64,000 nucleotides of DNA from Candidatus Latescibacterota bacterium (GCA_965248435.1 OZ252100.1:4000001-4064000), one strand, 5' to 3'. Shown: positions 10,640 to 20,118, counted from the stretch's first letter. Numbers and translations: made by a program. The notes: generated by a model from the letters alone, not told the origin.

Positions 10640-11419
10640 ATGAGGGACCTCAGCTATCTGATTATCGTGTGCCTGGTCTTCGCAGGCGCTTGGCCGGGGA
10701 CGACCATCGCGCGCGACAGGAATCCGCCTGCGGCAGGGTTCAACCTCGCAGAGTCGGATGCAAGGGCGATCGAGATTGCGGATGCCGTGATGGAGAAGAT
10801 GGGCGGGCGGCAGAACTGGGACCTAACGCGCTACATCAGCTGGAGATTTTTTGGGCGGAGGCTGCACGTGTGGGACAAATGGACGGGGAATATCCGATTC
10901 GAAGAGAAGGACCGAGTCACGTTGATGAACATCCACGCCCGGAAGGGTCGTGTCTGGCACAACGGTCTGGAAGTGACAGAACCGGATTCGTTGCAGAAAT
11001 ACCTGGATCGAGGCTACCGTGCCTGGATCAATGATTCGTACTGGCTGGTGATGCCGTATAAGCTTAAAGACTCAGGAGTTACGCTGAAATACAAGGGTGA
11101 GGGAATGATGGAGAACGGCAGGGCCGCACACATCTTGACCCTCACCTTCCTGGATGTGGGTGTGACCCCTGAGAACAGGTATGACGTTTATGTAGATAAA
11201 GAGAGGATGCAGGTGGAAGAGTGGTCATTTTATCGGAACGCATCCGACGTTGAGCCACGATTCCATACGCCCTGGGCCGTCTGGAAGCGCTGTGGGAAGA
11301 TCATGCTCTCGGCCGACCGCGGCAAGAGGAGTCATACTGAAGTTGCAGTTTTCGAGGATCTGCCGTCCTGGGTGTTTGACAATCCCGAGCCAGTGAATAT
11401 CATGGAGCTAGGAAGGTAG
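10640..11419 (+). CDS. Secreted hypothetical protein
   Basis: ATG 10640, signal-peptide-like N-terminus, beta-rich body (KMGG..NW, WINDSYWLVMPYKL). Confidence 0.7.
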   Translation: MRDLSYLIIVCLVFAGAWPGTTIARDRNPPAAGFNLAESDARAIEIADAVMEKMGGRQNWDLTRYISWRFFGRRLHVWDKWTGNIRFEEKDRVTLMNIHARKGRVWHNGLEVTEPDSLQKYLDRGYRAWINDSYWLVMPYKLKDSGVTLKYKGEGMMENGRAAHILTLTFLDVGVTPENRYDVYVDKERMQVEEWSFYRNASDVEPRFHTPWAVWKRCGKIMLSADRGKRSHTEVAVFEDLPSWVFDNPEPVNIMELGR

Positions 11420-11423
11420 AAGG

Positions 11424-11497
11424 CCGGGTACCGGGAAGGCAAAACGGTACTGTGTACCGTGGATAATTGCGGATTGCGGATTTAGGATTGTGGAATG
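11424..11497. repeat. GGTACC-core repeat plus TTGCGGA heptamer run
   Basis: CCGGGTACCGGGAAGGCAAAACGGTACTGTGTACCGT then TTGCGGATTGCGGATTTAGGATTGTGGAAT. Confidence 0.75.
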
Positions 11498-11555
11498 AAA
11501 GACCAAGCTCACCGCAGATCGGGTCGAGAACTTAATTTGGGGGAGAGGTTATAAG

Positions 11556-12518
11556 ATGAGCGCCAGACGGATCGTTGCAACCGCACCGATAGACCAGATC
11601 GCGATCGATATCCTTGAAGAGGCCGCACCGGTCCAGATTTCGCCCGCGACTGACGAGGAGACGATGATGGGGTTGCTGGAGGGCACGATTGGCATCGTTG
11701 TCCGTGGGGAGGGAAAAGCGACCGCCAGGATGATCGAATCGGCCGCGGACCTGGCGGTGCTCGGCAGACCCGGCGTCGGATATGATTCCGTCGACGTAGA
11801 GGCCGCGACGGCCAGGAAGATTCCTCTCGTCTACGCACCGATTGGAGGGTTCGCGGTGGCAGAGGGGGCGCTCGCCTTCCTGTTGACCCTGGTCAAGAAG
11901 CTTCCCCTATGCGACGAGATCGTGAAAAGCGGCGAGTGGCAGAGGCGCTACGACGTGAAGACCGGAGATATGGCGGACCATACGCTGGGCATCATCGGGC
12001 TGGGCAGGATCGGAAGGCAGCTCGCTCGACTCGCTTCTCCGTTCGGGATGAAGATCCTGGGATCCGATCCATACGTGGAGCCGGGTGCGCTGGATGAAGA
12101 AGGGATCGAGGTGGTGTCGCTCGACGAGCTATTGAAACGAAGCGACTACATCTCCACACATACCCCTCTCACTGACGAGACGCGTGGACTCATCAACCGA
12201 GACTTCGTCACCAAAATGAAACGCGGAGCGATCCTGATCAACACTTCACGGGGAGACGTGGTGGAAAACCTCGATATCCTGGCCGACGCGCTTGAGGAGG
12301 GACAACTGAGCGGGCTGGGGCTGGATGTGTTTCCCGCTGAACCTCCGGATTCAAACCATCGCATCTTCAGAGACCCGCGCTGCGTCTGCGCGCCGCACCT
12401 GGTGGGGATGAGCGAAGTCTCTATGGACCGGATATTTCGCTCCATGGCGAAGGATATGGTCGCCGTGCTGCAGGGAAGGCGTCCCGAGTTTTGTGTGAAT
12501 ACCGAAGTGCTGGAATAG
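11556..12518 (+). CDS. D-isomer-specific 2-hydroxyacid dehydrogenase (SerA-like)
   Basis: GVGYDSVD, GLGRIG, INTSRG, LDVF..EP, APHL. Confidence 0.9.
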   Translation: MSARRIVATAPIDQIAIDILEEAAPVQISPATDEETMMGLLEGTIGIVVRGEGKATARMIESAADLAVLGRPGVGYDSVDVEAATARKIPLVYAPIGGFAVAEGALAFLLTLVKKLPLCDEIVKSGEWQRRYDVKTGDMADHTLGIIGLGRIGRQLARLASPFGMKILGSDPYVEPGALDEEGIEVVSLDELLKRSDYISTHTPLTDETRGLINRDFVTKMKRGAILINTSRGDVVENLDILADALEEGQLSGLGLDVFPAEPPDSNHRIFRDPRCVCAPHLVGMSEVSMDRIFRSMAKDMVAVLQGRRPEFCVNTEVLE

Positions 12519-12550
12519 CAGTGTGAATCCGTTCTAGAAGGATCATCACA

Positions 12551-13726
12551 ATGTCAAAACAGGAAATCAGTCTCCGATACGGATGTAATCCGCATCAATC
12601 CCCCGCAAGGGCTTACAGGAAGGAAGGCGACCTTCCGTTCGAGGTCCTGAACGGGGATCCAGGATATATCAACCTGTTGGACGCGCTGAATTCGTGGCAG
12701 CTCGTCAAGGAGCTGCGCCAGGTCCTGGACCTTCCCGCAGCCGCCTCGTTTAAACACGTGAGTCCGGCCGGGGCCGCCGTCTCCGTTCCATTGAATGACG
12801 CGATCAGAGAGGCCTACTTCGTCGGGGACGTGGAGCTGTCTCCCCTCGCCGTGGCCTATGCCCGCGCTCGCGGAGCAGACCGCCTTTCCTCTTTCGGAGA
12901 TTGGGCGGCGCTGAGCGATCCCGTGGATGTTTCCACAGCCCGCCTGCTGAGCCGGGAAGTGTCTGACGGCGTGATCGCTCCCGACTATGATCCCGAAGCC
13001 CTGGACATCCTCAAGAAGAAGAAAAAAGGAAGCTACCCTATCCTCCAGATGGACGCTGGGTATGAACCTGACGAGACGGAGTCCCGGGAGGTCTTCGGCA
13101 TTACCCTGGTGCAAAAGAGGAACGACCGAATCATCGGTCGTGAACTTCTCGAGAACGTGGTTACGGAGCGGAAGGGGATTCCGGCAGAGGCGAAGCGGGA
13201 TCTTCTTGTGGCCACAGTTTCGCTGAAATACACGCAGTCCAATTCGGTCTGTTTCGCCATCGATGGACAGGTGATCGGTCTAGGAGCAGGCCAGCAGAAT
13301 CGCGTTGCCTGCGTTCACCTGGCTGCGACGAAGGCGGAAGCATGGCATCTTCGCCAACATCCGGCCGCGCTTGAACTGAAGTTCCGCAAGGGGTTGAAGC
13401 GCCCCGCGAAGATCAACGCGATCGAGCTTTTTCTGAGGGGGGAGATGACAGCAGTGGAGCGTGAGGCGTGGGAGGGAGCGTTCGAAACCGTCCCGGAAGA
13501 CATGGCAGCCCAGACGAGGCAGGACTGGATCGGGGGTCTGACCGGAGTCTCCCTGAGCTCGGACGCGTTCTTCCCGTTCCGGGACAACATCGACCGGGCT
13601 GCACGGAGCGGGGCGGAATACGTCGTCCAGGCGGGTGGGTCAATAGGGGATGAAAGCGTGATTTCTGCTGCAAACGAGTATAATATGGTCATGGTGCACT
13701 CGGGCCTGCGTCTTTTCCATCATTAG
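12551..13726 (+). CDS. purH: AICAR transformylase (stand-alone, no IMP cyclohydrolase domain)
   Basis: [37 protein letters not shown]-terminal RLFHH; only 391 aa. Confidence 0.9.
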   Translation: MSKQEISLRYGCNPHQSPARAYRKEGDLPFEVLNGDPGYINLLDALNSWQLVKELRQVLDLPAAASFKHVSPAGAAVSVPLNDAIREAYFVGDVELSPLAVAYARARGADRLSSFGDWAALSDPVDVSTARLLSREVSDGVIAPDYDPEALDILKKKKKGSYPILQMDAGYEPDETESREVFGITLVQKRNDRIIGRELLENVVTERKGIPAEAKRDLLVATVSLKYTQSNSVCFAIDGQVIGLGAGQQNRVACVHLAATKAEAWHLRQHPAALELKFRKGLKRPAKINAIELFLRGEMTAVEREAWEGAFETVPEDMAAQTRQDWIGGLTGVSLSSDAFFPFRDNIDRAARSGAEYVVQAGGSIGDESVISAANEYNMVMVHSGLRLFHH

Positions 13727-13779
13727 TATAGTTGTATATGCAATTGTTTTATTGGTTGTTATGACGATTACTCCATAAA

Positions 13780-13836
13780 ACTTTAACGTAACGTTAAAGT
13801 TTTGGCTTGACTTTGACGTTACGTAAAGTATATTGT
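13780..13836 (+). promoter_or_regulatory. Tandem MerR-type operators overlapping a sigma-70 promoter
   Basis: Perfect palindrome ACTTTAACGT-A-ACGTTAAAGT (13780-13800). Imperfect copy ACTTTGACGT-T-ACGTAAAGT (13810-13829) between TTGACT (13807) and TATATT/TATTGT. Confidence 0.75.
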
Positions 13837-13883
13837 GGGAAGAACCAAGGGAGCAGGTCCCTCAACTCACCAAGGACTATCGT

Positions 13884-14348
13884 ATGATGCATATCGGCAG
13901 CTTGGCGCAACAGGCCGGGACGACAACTCGAACGGTCCGCTACTACGAAGAAATGGGGTTGATCAAACCCGAATGTCGGACCCCGGGGGGATTTCGGTGT
14001 TACTGTCAGGACCAGCTGAGCAGGCTGCACACGATTCTTAGTTTGAAGGAGATGGGGTTCGATTTGGAGCGAATCAAGGTTATTCTGGACAAGAGGAATC
14101 ACAATGGCACTGGAGGCGAACTGGCTGAGTCTATGCTAGACGACCTGAGTCATCGTCTCGAGGAAGTCACGGGTCAAATAAGGCATTATCAGCAGCTCGA
14201 GTCAAAACTCAGACGGGTCATAGACAGCGTTTGCAGATGTAGGCCTTGCGAGTTGAGACTGGAAGAGAGGTTCTGTCCAGACTGCCACGTGTTAAACGAT
14301 GAACCGAAGGAGCCGATTCCCTTTTTTCATTCCATCCCTCAGAATTGA
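13884..14348 (+). CDS. MerR family regulator with Cys-rich C-terminus
   Basis: IGSLA..AGTTTRTVRYYEEMGLI HTH; AAGGA RBS before ATG 13884; CRCRPC...CPDC tail. Confidence 0.9.
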   Translation: MMHIGSLAQQAGTTTRTVRYYEEMGLIKPECRTPGGFRCYCQDQLSRLHTILSLKEMGFDLERIKVILDKRNHNGTGGELAESMLDDLSHRLEEVTGQIRHYQQLESKLRRVIDSVCRCRPCELRLEERFCPDCHVLNDEPKEPIPFFHSIPQN

Positions 14349-14368
14349 TCTGTCCTCGATTCTGAAAT

Positions 14369-14475
14369 AAAAAAACCGCCGGTTCCGAACCTCCTACAGC
14401 GCGAAAACCGACGGTCAGTCGGAAGAGGTATCCCTCAAGTAGACAAAGAGGAGACACAGCTTCCCTTTCCAATTT
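14369..14475 (-). ncRNA. Candidate small RNA (about 105 nt)
   Basis: Downstream of TTGACA-17-TATATT on the minus strand; ends in a 10-bp hairpin plus 7 T; no credible ORF. Confidence 0.5.
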
Positions 14476-14480
14476 GAGAA

Positions 14481-14509
14481 AATATAACTGAGAGCTGCGG
14501 GGTTGTCAA
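14481..14509 (-). promoter_or_regulatory. Sigma-70 promoter, minus strand
   Basis: TTGACA (14509-14504), 17-bp spacer, TATATT (14486-14481). Confidence 0.7.
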
Positions 14510-14530
14510 CCGCATCGAGGTAGGTCAAAA

Positions 14531-15379
14531 ATGGGTAAGCGAAGCAAGACAGGTGGAGAAAAGCTCAGGCTTGAATCGGCCGATCTCTACTTGAAGGATA
14601 TTCGAAAGTACACGCCCCTGAGCCGGGAGCAAGAGGGCAAGGTGCTCAGGGCCGCGCGGAAGGGAGATCAAAACGCGCTGAATCGCCTGATTACCGCAAA
14701 CCTAAGGTTTGTGGTCAGAGTGGCGGGTGAGTATACTGGGCGAGGGTTGTCGCTTTCGGACTTGATAGCAGAAGGAAACGTCGGGCTTATTCGGGCGACG
14801 GAGACGTTCGATGTGAGCCGAGGACTGAAGTTCATTACCTATGCCGTGTGGTGGATCAGGCAGGCCATTCTGTCGGCCCTCAATCGTCAGACTCGCATGG
14901 TGGCTTTCCCCGTCAATCAGATCGACGACTCCGACAGACTGAATCGTGCGAGGAGTCGATTGTCTCACAAACTGGGTCGGCCGCCGCATATGGATGAACT
15001 TATCAAGACGACCGACATGAATCCCCGGAGGCTCAGGCGGGCTCTGGAGGCGAACCAATCCACGTTATCTCTTGACAGTCCTGTTTATGACGACGGGAAT
15101 GTAGAATATGGTGATACGCTTCCTGACTCGGATCCCGGACCCGATGAGCTACTAGATGAGGCCCGGCAACGACGCCTGCTGCGGGAGAGCCTGAACCACC
15201 TTCCTGAGAGAGAAGCCAAGATTTTGAACCTCTATTACGGGTTGGATACGGATGAGCCGGAATCACTCGAGGAGGTGGGTAAGCGGTTTCACATCAGTCG
15301 TGAACGTGTCAGACAGATCAAGGACCGCGCCCTGCACAGACTCCGGGAAAGGATGGCACCTGAGAAGTTTCTGAACTAG
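14531..15379 (+). CDS. RNA polymerase sigma factor, RpoD/SigA family (lacks region 1.1)
   Basis: LITANLRFVV, DLIAEGNVGL, KFITYAVWWIRQAI, ISRERVRQI. Confidence 0.92.
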   Translation: MGKRSKTGGEKLRLESADLYLKDIRKYTPLSREQEGKVLRAARKGDQNALNRLITANLRFVVRVAGEYTGRGLSLSDLIAEGNVGLIRATETFDVSRGLKFITYAVWWIRQAILSALNRQTRMVAFPVNQIDDSDRLNRARSRLSHKLGRPPHMDELIKTTDMNPRRLRRALEANQSTLSLDSPVYDDGNVEYGDTLPDSDPGPDELLDEARQRRLLRESLNHLPEREAKILNLYYGLDTDEPESLEEVGKRFHISRERVRQIKDRALHRLRERMAPEKFLN

Positions 15380-15400
15380 GGTTTCAGGAGGCAGGAGACA

Positions 15401-15439
15401 AAAAGAAGCGGGGAGCGATCGTTCACTCCCCGCTTTTCT
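15401..15439. terminator. Bidirectional intrinsic terminator
   Basis: AAGCGGGGAG / CTCCCCGCTT flanked by A and T runs, between convergent genes. Confidence 0.8.
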
Positions 15440-15452
15440 GTGGCTGTTCATT

Positions 15453-15479
15453 GAGACGCCCCACCGGGACGTCTCTACA
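15453..15479. repeat. REP-like palindrome (GTAG-type)
   Basis: GAGACGCCCCACCGGGACGTCTCTACA; related copies at 23950 and 24786. Confidence 0.75.
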
Positions 15480-15496
15480 GACATAGTTGGAAGAAA

Positions 15497-16219
15497 CTAT
15501 TTGCTGAATCCGATGCTGACCCCGCCCCAGACTTCGCTGTTGTCGTTGTTCACACTGTCGTCCGCATAGCTGTATCCGAATGTAGGGCTGATCGTCCACA
15601 TCCCCTGACTGAAACCGATACTCGCGGTGAGGGTGACATCGTTGAATCCGAAATCACGGGTGGCATCGCTTAGCCCGACGCTCGCCCCGAGTCCAAGACT
15701 GGCCTTGCCTTCGCTGTCCAGCGGAAACTCGGGTCCGATGCCGAATGAGATGTACCAGGCGTTGGCCAGACCGAAGTCGTAATAGGCGGTCAGACTCGGC
15801 GCTGCCGCGTTGTCGAGACTGATTCCGCCGTAGAACTCCTCCGAATGCGTACCGCTGTCTACGCTTGGAAAGGTATACTGAATGTAGCCGACGGAGATTC
15901 CGACGCCACTCTCTTCGCTGAGGGTACGGTCGTAGCTGAGGGTAAAATCGAGCTCGTCCGCACCGTCGAGGTTGGCCGGGGCGCCGCGATCCTGCATCGC
16001 TGCGGACCCCCAAATGTTGAAGGCGACCCCGCTTTCACCCAGACCCAATGTAAGGCTGGGCTGTATCGAGACTTTGTCTGCCAAATTGTAACCGCGCCAA
16101 ATGTACTGGGAGTAGGCATCGACGGACCCATCGACGGAGATCTGCATATCCTGGGCGGCCACGTTTCCCGAAAGCGCGAGTGTCAAGCCGGTTACTAAAA
16201 TGTAATAGGCGTTCCGCAT
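15497..16219 (-). CDS. TorF-like putative outer-membrane porin, paralogue 2
   Basis: Signal peptide, YSQYIWRG, ELDFTLSY, C-terminal aromatic beta-strand (GVSIGFSK). Confidence 0.75.
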   Translation of the reverse strand: MRNAYYILVTGLTLALSGNVAAQDMQISVDGSVDAYSQYIWRGYNLADKVSIQPSLTLGLGESGVAFNIWGSAAMQDRGAPANLDGADELDFTLSYDRTLSEESGVGISVGYIQYTFPSVDSGTHSEEFYGGISLDNAAAPSLTAYYDFGLANAWYISFGIGPEFPLDSEGKASLGLGASVGLSDATRDFGFNDVTLTASIGFSQGMWTISPTFGYSYADDSVNNDNSEVWGGVSIGFSK

Positions 16220-16270
16220 GGTCCCTCCTTGGGTTTGCTGGCCAACTGACTCAATCCTGTCTGATCGCAG

Positions 16271-16299
16271 AAATTACACTCACCCGAAGCGGGTGTCAA
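16271..16299 (-). promoter_or_regulatory. Sigma-70 promoter for porin paralogue 2, with palindrome in spacer
   Basis: TTGACA-17-TAATTT on the minus strand; CACCCG-AAG-CGGGTG overlaps spacer and -35. Confidence 0.55.
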
Positions 16300-16320
16300 C
16301 AACATTGAACCGTAAGAATA

Positions 16321-16357
16321 GAAGCCGCCGGTGCCCATGATGGCCGCCGGCGGCTTC
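16321..16357 (-). terminator. Hairpin or terminator between the porin paralogues
   Basis: GAAGCCGCCGG / CCGGCGGCTTC inverted repeat. Confidence 0.6.
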
Positions 16358-16384
16358 AGTGTTAAAGAGCGAATCCAGCCCAGC

Positions 16385-17110
16385 CTACTTGCTGAAGCTG
16401 ATGCTCAGTCCTCCCCACGCCTCCGAGTTCTCAGGATTTACGTCCTTGTCTGCGTAGCTGTATCCCAAAACAGGACTGATGGTGAAGGCCCCTGCGGTGA
16501 TCCCGAGACTCGCAGAGACGGTGACATCATTAAACGCCATAGATCCTGTTCCATCGCTCATGCCGACACTCGCACCGATTCCTAGACTCGTGTTTCCTTC
16601 TGGGCCTAAAGCGAACTCGGGTCCGATACCGAACGTGACATACCAGGCGTCGGCCAGGCCAAAGTCGTAGTAGGCTGTCAGGCTGGGCGCGGCGGCGTTG
16701 TCCAGACTGAGCCCGGCGTAGAACTCCTCGGAATGCGTGCCGCTGTCTAAACTGGGAAAAGTATATTGAATATAGCCGAGGGAGAGCCCCACGCCACTCT
16801 CCTCACTGAGGGTTCTGTCATAGCTGAGAGTAAAGTCAAGCTCGTCGAAGTCTTTCAGATTGTCGGGTTCACTTCTGTCTACTACGGACGCCGAGCCCCA
16901 TATGTTCAGACTCATGCCGGTTTCCCCGAACCCGAGCGTCAGGCTGGGCTGCATCGCGACTTTGTTCCCGAGGTTGAAACCGCGCCAGATATACTGGGAG
17001 TAAGTGTCGATTGAGCCATCAACAGAGATGTTCATCTCCTCTTGTGCCCTTGCAGTGCTCGAGGTGAAAAGGACAGCAGCTGCCAATAGAACTCCGAAGA
17101 TCCTCAACAT
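16385..17110 (-). CDS. TorF-like putative outer-membrane porin, paralogue 1
   Basis: 241 aa, long identical stretches with 15497-16219; AGGAGG RBS. Confidence 0.75.
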   Translation of the reverse strand: MLRIFGVLLAAAVLFTSSTARAQEEMNISVDGSIDTYSQYIWRGFNLGNKVAMQPSLTLGFGETGMSLNIWGSASVVDRSEPDNLKDFDELDFTLSYDRTLSEESGVGLSLGYIQYTFPSLDSGTHSEEFYAGLSLDNAAAPSLTAYYDFGLADAWYVTFGIGPEFALGPEGNTSLGIGASVGMSDGTGSMAFNDVTVSASLGITAGAFTISPVLGYSYADKDVNPENSEAWGGLSISFSK

Positions 17111-17185
17111 GCTTCCTCCTTTATGGTGTAGTGTCTACGGTCAGGACCCGAGGAAACCCTCGGGCCTTCCTGACCCCCTTCGATT

Positions 17186-18586
17186 CTAGCTCTGACCTTG
17201 CTTACTCAATTTCTCTATTTCTTCGTAGGGCACGGCCACCACGTGACCCGACAGCCCGCTTCCAGGCGAGGATGACGTCATGACGAAATTGGCATAGGCC
17301 GTGACGCCGTGTTCGAAGATGTCGAGACCCGCTTCTTCCTCTTCTTCGCTGACTCTCAATCCCACCGTATGCTTGATCGCCGTGAAGAGAATCAGGGACG
17401 CGGCGAAGGTAAAGCCGAAGACCGCCGCGATTCCAGAGAGCTGGGTTAGATAGCTCCCAGCCTCTCCGGGTCGGCAGAAGAAGGGGATGGCGCAAGCAAA
17501 CGTGCCCCAAGCCCCGGCGACGCCGTGCACGGAAATCGCACCCACGGGATCGTCCACTCGGATCTTATCGAAGAAGATAACGGAGAAGACCACCAGTAGA
17601 CCGGCGACGGCCCCCGTGAGAATGGCGCCTAAAGGGGTCATTGTGTAGCAGCCGGCGGTGATGCCGACCAACCCTGCGAGCGCGCCGTTCAAGGTCATAG
17701 CGATATCGGGCTTGCCGAACTTCGCCCAGCTGGTGAACATCGCCACCAGGGCCCCTGCAGCCGCAGCAAGGTTCGTCACGACGGCGATGCGGGCGAAGGA
17801 ACCACCGTCCATGGAAGTCGTGGAACCCGCGTTAAATCCGAACCAGCCCAACCAGAGGATGAAGACCCCGAGGGCGGCCAACGGCATGCTGTGTCCGACC
17901 AGGGCGTTCATCGAGCCGTCGGCATTGTACTTGTTCCTTCTGGGCCCCAGGACCAGGGCGCCTGCCAGGGCTGCCCAGCCGCCGACGCTGTGAACGACCG
18001 TGGAACCTGCAAAATCGACGAAGCCTTTTCCTTCCAGCCATCCACCGCCGTGCCAGAGCCCGCCCCAGGCCCACGAGCCCGTGATCGGATAGATGACAGC
18101 GGTGATCACCACGCTGTAGATGAGGTAGGAAGAAAACTTCGTTCGTTCGGCCATCGCGCCCGACACGATCGTGGCTGCCGTGGCGGCGAAGACCGTCTGG
18201 AAGATGATGAACGAATACATCCAGTTTGGATCCTCCCCGAAGGCGTCCACGTCCGGGTTCGGAAACCACTCAAAGACGACCCCACTGAACATGATGGCGA
18301 ACCCGATCGCCCAGAATGCGATGGCGCCGATAGAGAAGTCGCAGATGTTCTTCATCAGGATGTTGACGGCGTTCTTGGCCCGAGTGAAGCCTGATTCTAC
18401 AAGAGCAAAACCTGCCTGCATAAAGAAGACGAGAAAGGCCGCTACGCAGGTCCAGAACCAGTCGACCTGACTCGAGAGGTCGGAAAGCTGTTTCGGCAGT
18501 GGAATGTCTTCTTGGGCCGCTGCAGATGTGGGGAGCAATAGGATTCCCAAAAGATAGGGAACCATCCGCTTCCAACGATCGGGCAT
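17186..18586 (-). CDS. amtB: Ammonium transporter
   Basis: FFMQAGFA, DFAGSTVVH, WFGFNAGS, DDPVGAISVHG (twin His present); ATG 18586 with GGAGG RBS. Confidence 0.95.
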   Translation of the reverse strand: MPDRWKRMVPYLLGILLLPTSAAAQEDIPLPKQLSDLSSQVDWFWTCVAAFLVFFMQAGFALVESGFTRAKNAVNILMKNICDFSIGAIAFWAIGFAIMFSGVVFEWFPNPDVDAFGEDPNWMYSFIIFQTVFAATAATIVSGAMAERTKFSSYLIYSVVITAVIYPITGSWAWGGLWHGGGWLEGKGFVDFAGSTVVHSVGGWAALAGALVLGPRRNKYNADGSMNALVGHSMPLAALGVFILWLGWFGFNAGSTTSMDGGSFARIAVVTNLAAAAGALVAMFTSWAKFGKPDIAMTLNGALAGLVGITAGCYTMTPLGAILTGAVAGLLVVFSVIFFDKIRVDDPVGAISVHGVAGAWGTFACAIPFFCRPGEAGSYLTQLSGIAAVFGFTFAASLILFTAIKHTVGLRVSEEEEEAGLDIFEHGVTAYANFVMTSSSPGSGLSGHVVAVPYEEIEKLSKQGQS

Positions 18587-18912
18587 GTCTTTCCTCCGTA
18601 AGAAGGGGTTGAAGTAAAGGGAGGAGTCTACTCTTGACAGATAAAAAGATAGGATAAACATATTTCACCTAGATTTCGCCCAAGTGAAATGATGATGAAG
18701 AGTTTGTTAAAATTGTGTGAACTGAGTAGGGGTTTCGTATGTGCAAAAAGGAAGGGTGGGGAGGAGTAACGGCCCTAGGTAGCAGGTATTTAACGCAATG
18801 GAAGGATTCGGTGCCCGGGCTGGGCAGATTGTCGGAGGGGTCTCATGTTTCGAAAAGATGAACGGATTGTAAAGTTGAGGTGGAGGCGATACACTTTCTG
18901 TTCTGAAACGGA

Positions 18913-18945
18913 AAAGGGGAGTCGGCCATTCTCCGACTCCCCTTT
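18913..18945 (-). terminator. Intrinsic terminator after the HtrA-like gene
   Basis: AAAGGGGAGTCGG / CCGACTCCCCTTT. Confidence 0.8.
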
Positions 18946-18966
18946 GAAGCATGATCGAGCGCTTTG

Positions 18967-20118
18967 TTATTGCTTCTGAAGCTGAAGGCGCAGCGCCGAC
19001 ATCTCCTTTTCCAGCTTCTGCATTCTGTTGAAAAGGACCTCCCTGTTCTGATCGATCGAGAGGGCCTCAGGTGGTTCGCTTTGGAGAACGGCCACGTTTG
19101 CCAGGCGGCCCACCTCAACCCGAGGCGTGATCGGCTTCGTCCCTCGTCGGACCCTCATTCGAACCGATGTGCCAGGTTGAGTTGAAAGCACAAGGCTCTT
19201 CAGGTGCTCGCCACTCCTGATGTTGGTGCTTTGATAGGAAACGATCAGGTCGCCCGGCTGAAGGCCGGTTTCCTGTGCAGGTCCGTCGGATTCAACGTTC
19301 GTCACAGAGAATCCCTTCCCTGGTTCGAACTCTCCTTCGATCCCCAGCCAACCGTAACCCGTCTCGTGCTCCGCGATCAGCCTCCGCGCCGTGTGAATCG
19401 CCCGATTGATCGGAATGACAAACACCGATCTGGGAAAGTCCTGCACAAAGGGGACTTTCTTCTCATCACTTCCGGCCGTTTGAGGCGAACCCCAGGCGTC
19501 CGTCGCACTCCAGACGACGCCAATGACGTCCCCCGTGCTGCAAAAAACGGGTGCGCCGCCATACCCCGGGTGCACCCGCGAGACGATCTGGAACAAGCTT
19601 CCGTCGGGATTTATGTTGTGGGTCGATCCAAATGAAGGGGTGAGGTTTCCAAAGGTGTTTCCGAGGATAAATGTATAATGGCCGACTTTTACCCGGTCAG
19701 AATTCCCGGGCGTAATCGGATGGAGGTTGTTTCTCTCAACCCGAATGACGGCCACCTCAGAAGCCGGATCAGAAGCAATGAAACGGGCAAGGAGTTGCTC
19801 TCCTGTAGCCAGGGTCACGCGAATTTCTTCCGCCATCCGCACGGCTTTGTCTACGGTGAGGATATGTCCATCTGAGTCTATGAAGAAGCCTGTTCCGTGT
19901 ACAAATCCCTTTCCGTACTGCAGTCCCTGATCACTACCAGGATTTTTGTAAAGTGAATGAATGCGGACGACACCATCCCGGTTCTCCTCGAGGATGGAAG
20001 CAATTTCGTTCTCGATCATGTTCAGGATGGATTCGTCTCCTGTCCATCCCGGTCCAACCCAGGCGAGGAGGCAGACCAAGGTCAAGCTGAGGGAGCGCTT
20101 GATTCCATTACCGTTCAT
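18967..20118 (-). CDS. HtrA/DegP-like trypsin-fold plus PDZ protein, catalytic triad apparently lost
   Basis: Signal peptide, GTGFFID..GHILT, GNSD.VKVG, PDZ (GWLGI...GLQPGDLI). TVDKAV, SEVAV and PGYGG replace TNNHV, TDLAV and PGNSGG. Confidence 0.85.
   Translation of the reverse strand: MNGNGIKRSLSLTLVCLLAWVGPGWTGDESILNMIENEIASILEENRDGVVRIHSLYKNPGSDQGLQYGKGFVHGTGFFIDSDGHILTVDKAVRMAEEIRVTLATGEQLLARFIASDPASEVAVIRVERNNLHPITPGNSDRVKVGHYTFILGNTFGNLTPSFGSTHNINPDGSLFQIVSRVHPGYGGAPVFCSTGDVIGVVWSATDAWGSPQTAGSDEKKVPFVQDFPRSVFVIPINRAIHTARRLIAEHETGYGWLGIEGEFEPGKGFSVTNVESDGPAQETGLQPGDLIVSYQSTNIRSGEHLKSLVLSTQPGTSVRMRVRRGTKPITPRVEVGRLANVAVLQSEPPEALSIDQNREVLFNRMQKLEKEMSALRLQLQKQ

Noticed and set aside
14218-14472. 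84-aa minus-strand ORF under the 14509 promoter
   Set aside because: TTG start at the predicted TSS, runs through a terminator and overlaps the MerR gene antisense.
18634-18665. Plus-strand TTGACA upstream of amt as a promoter
   Set aside because: Wrong strand for amt and no good -10 at 17-bp spacing.
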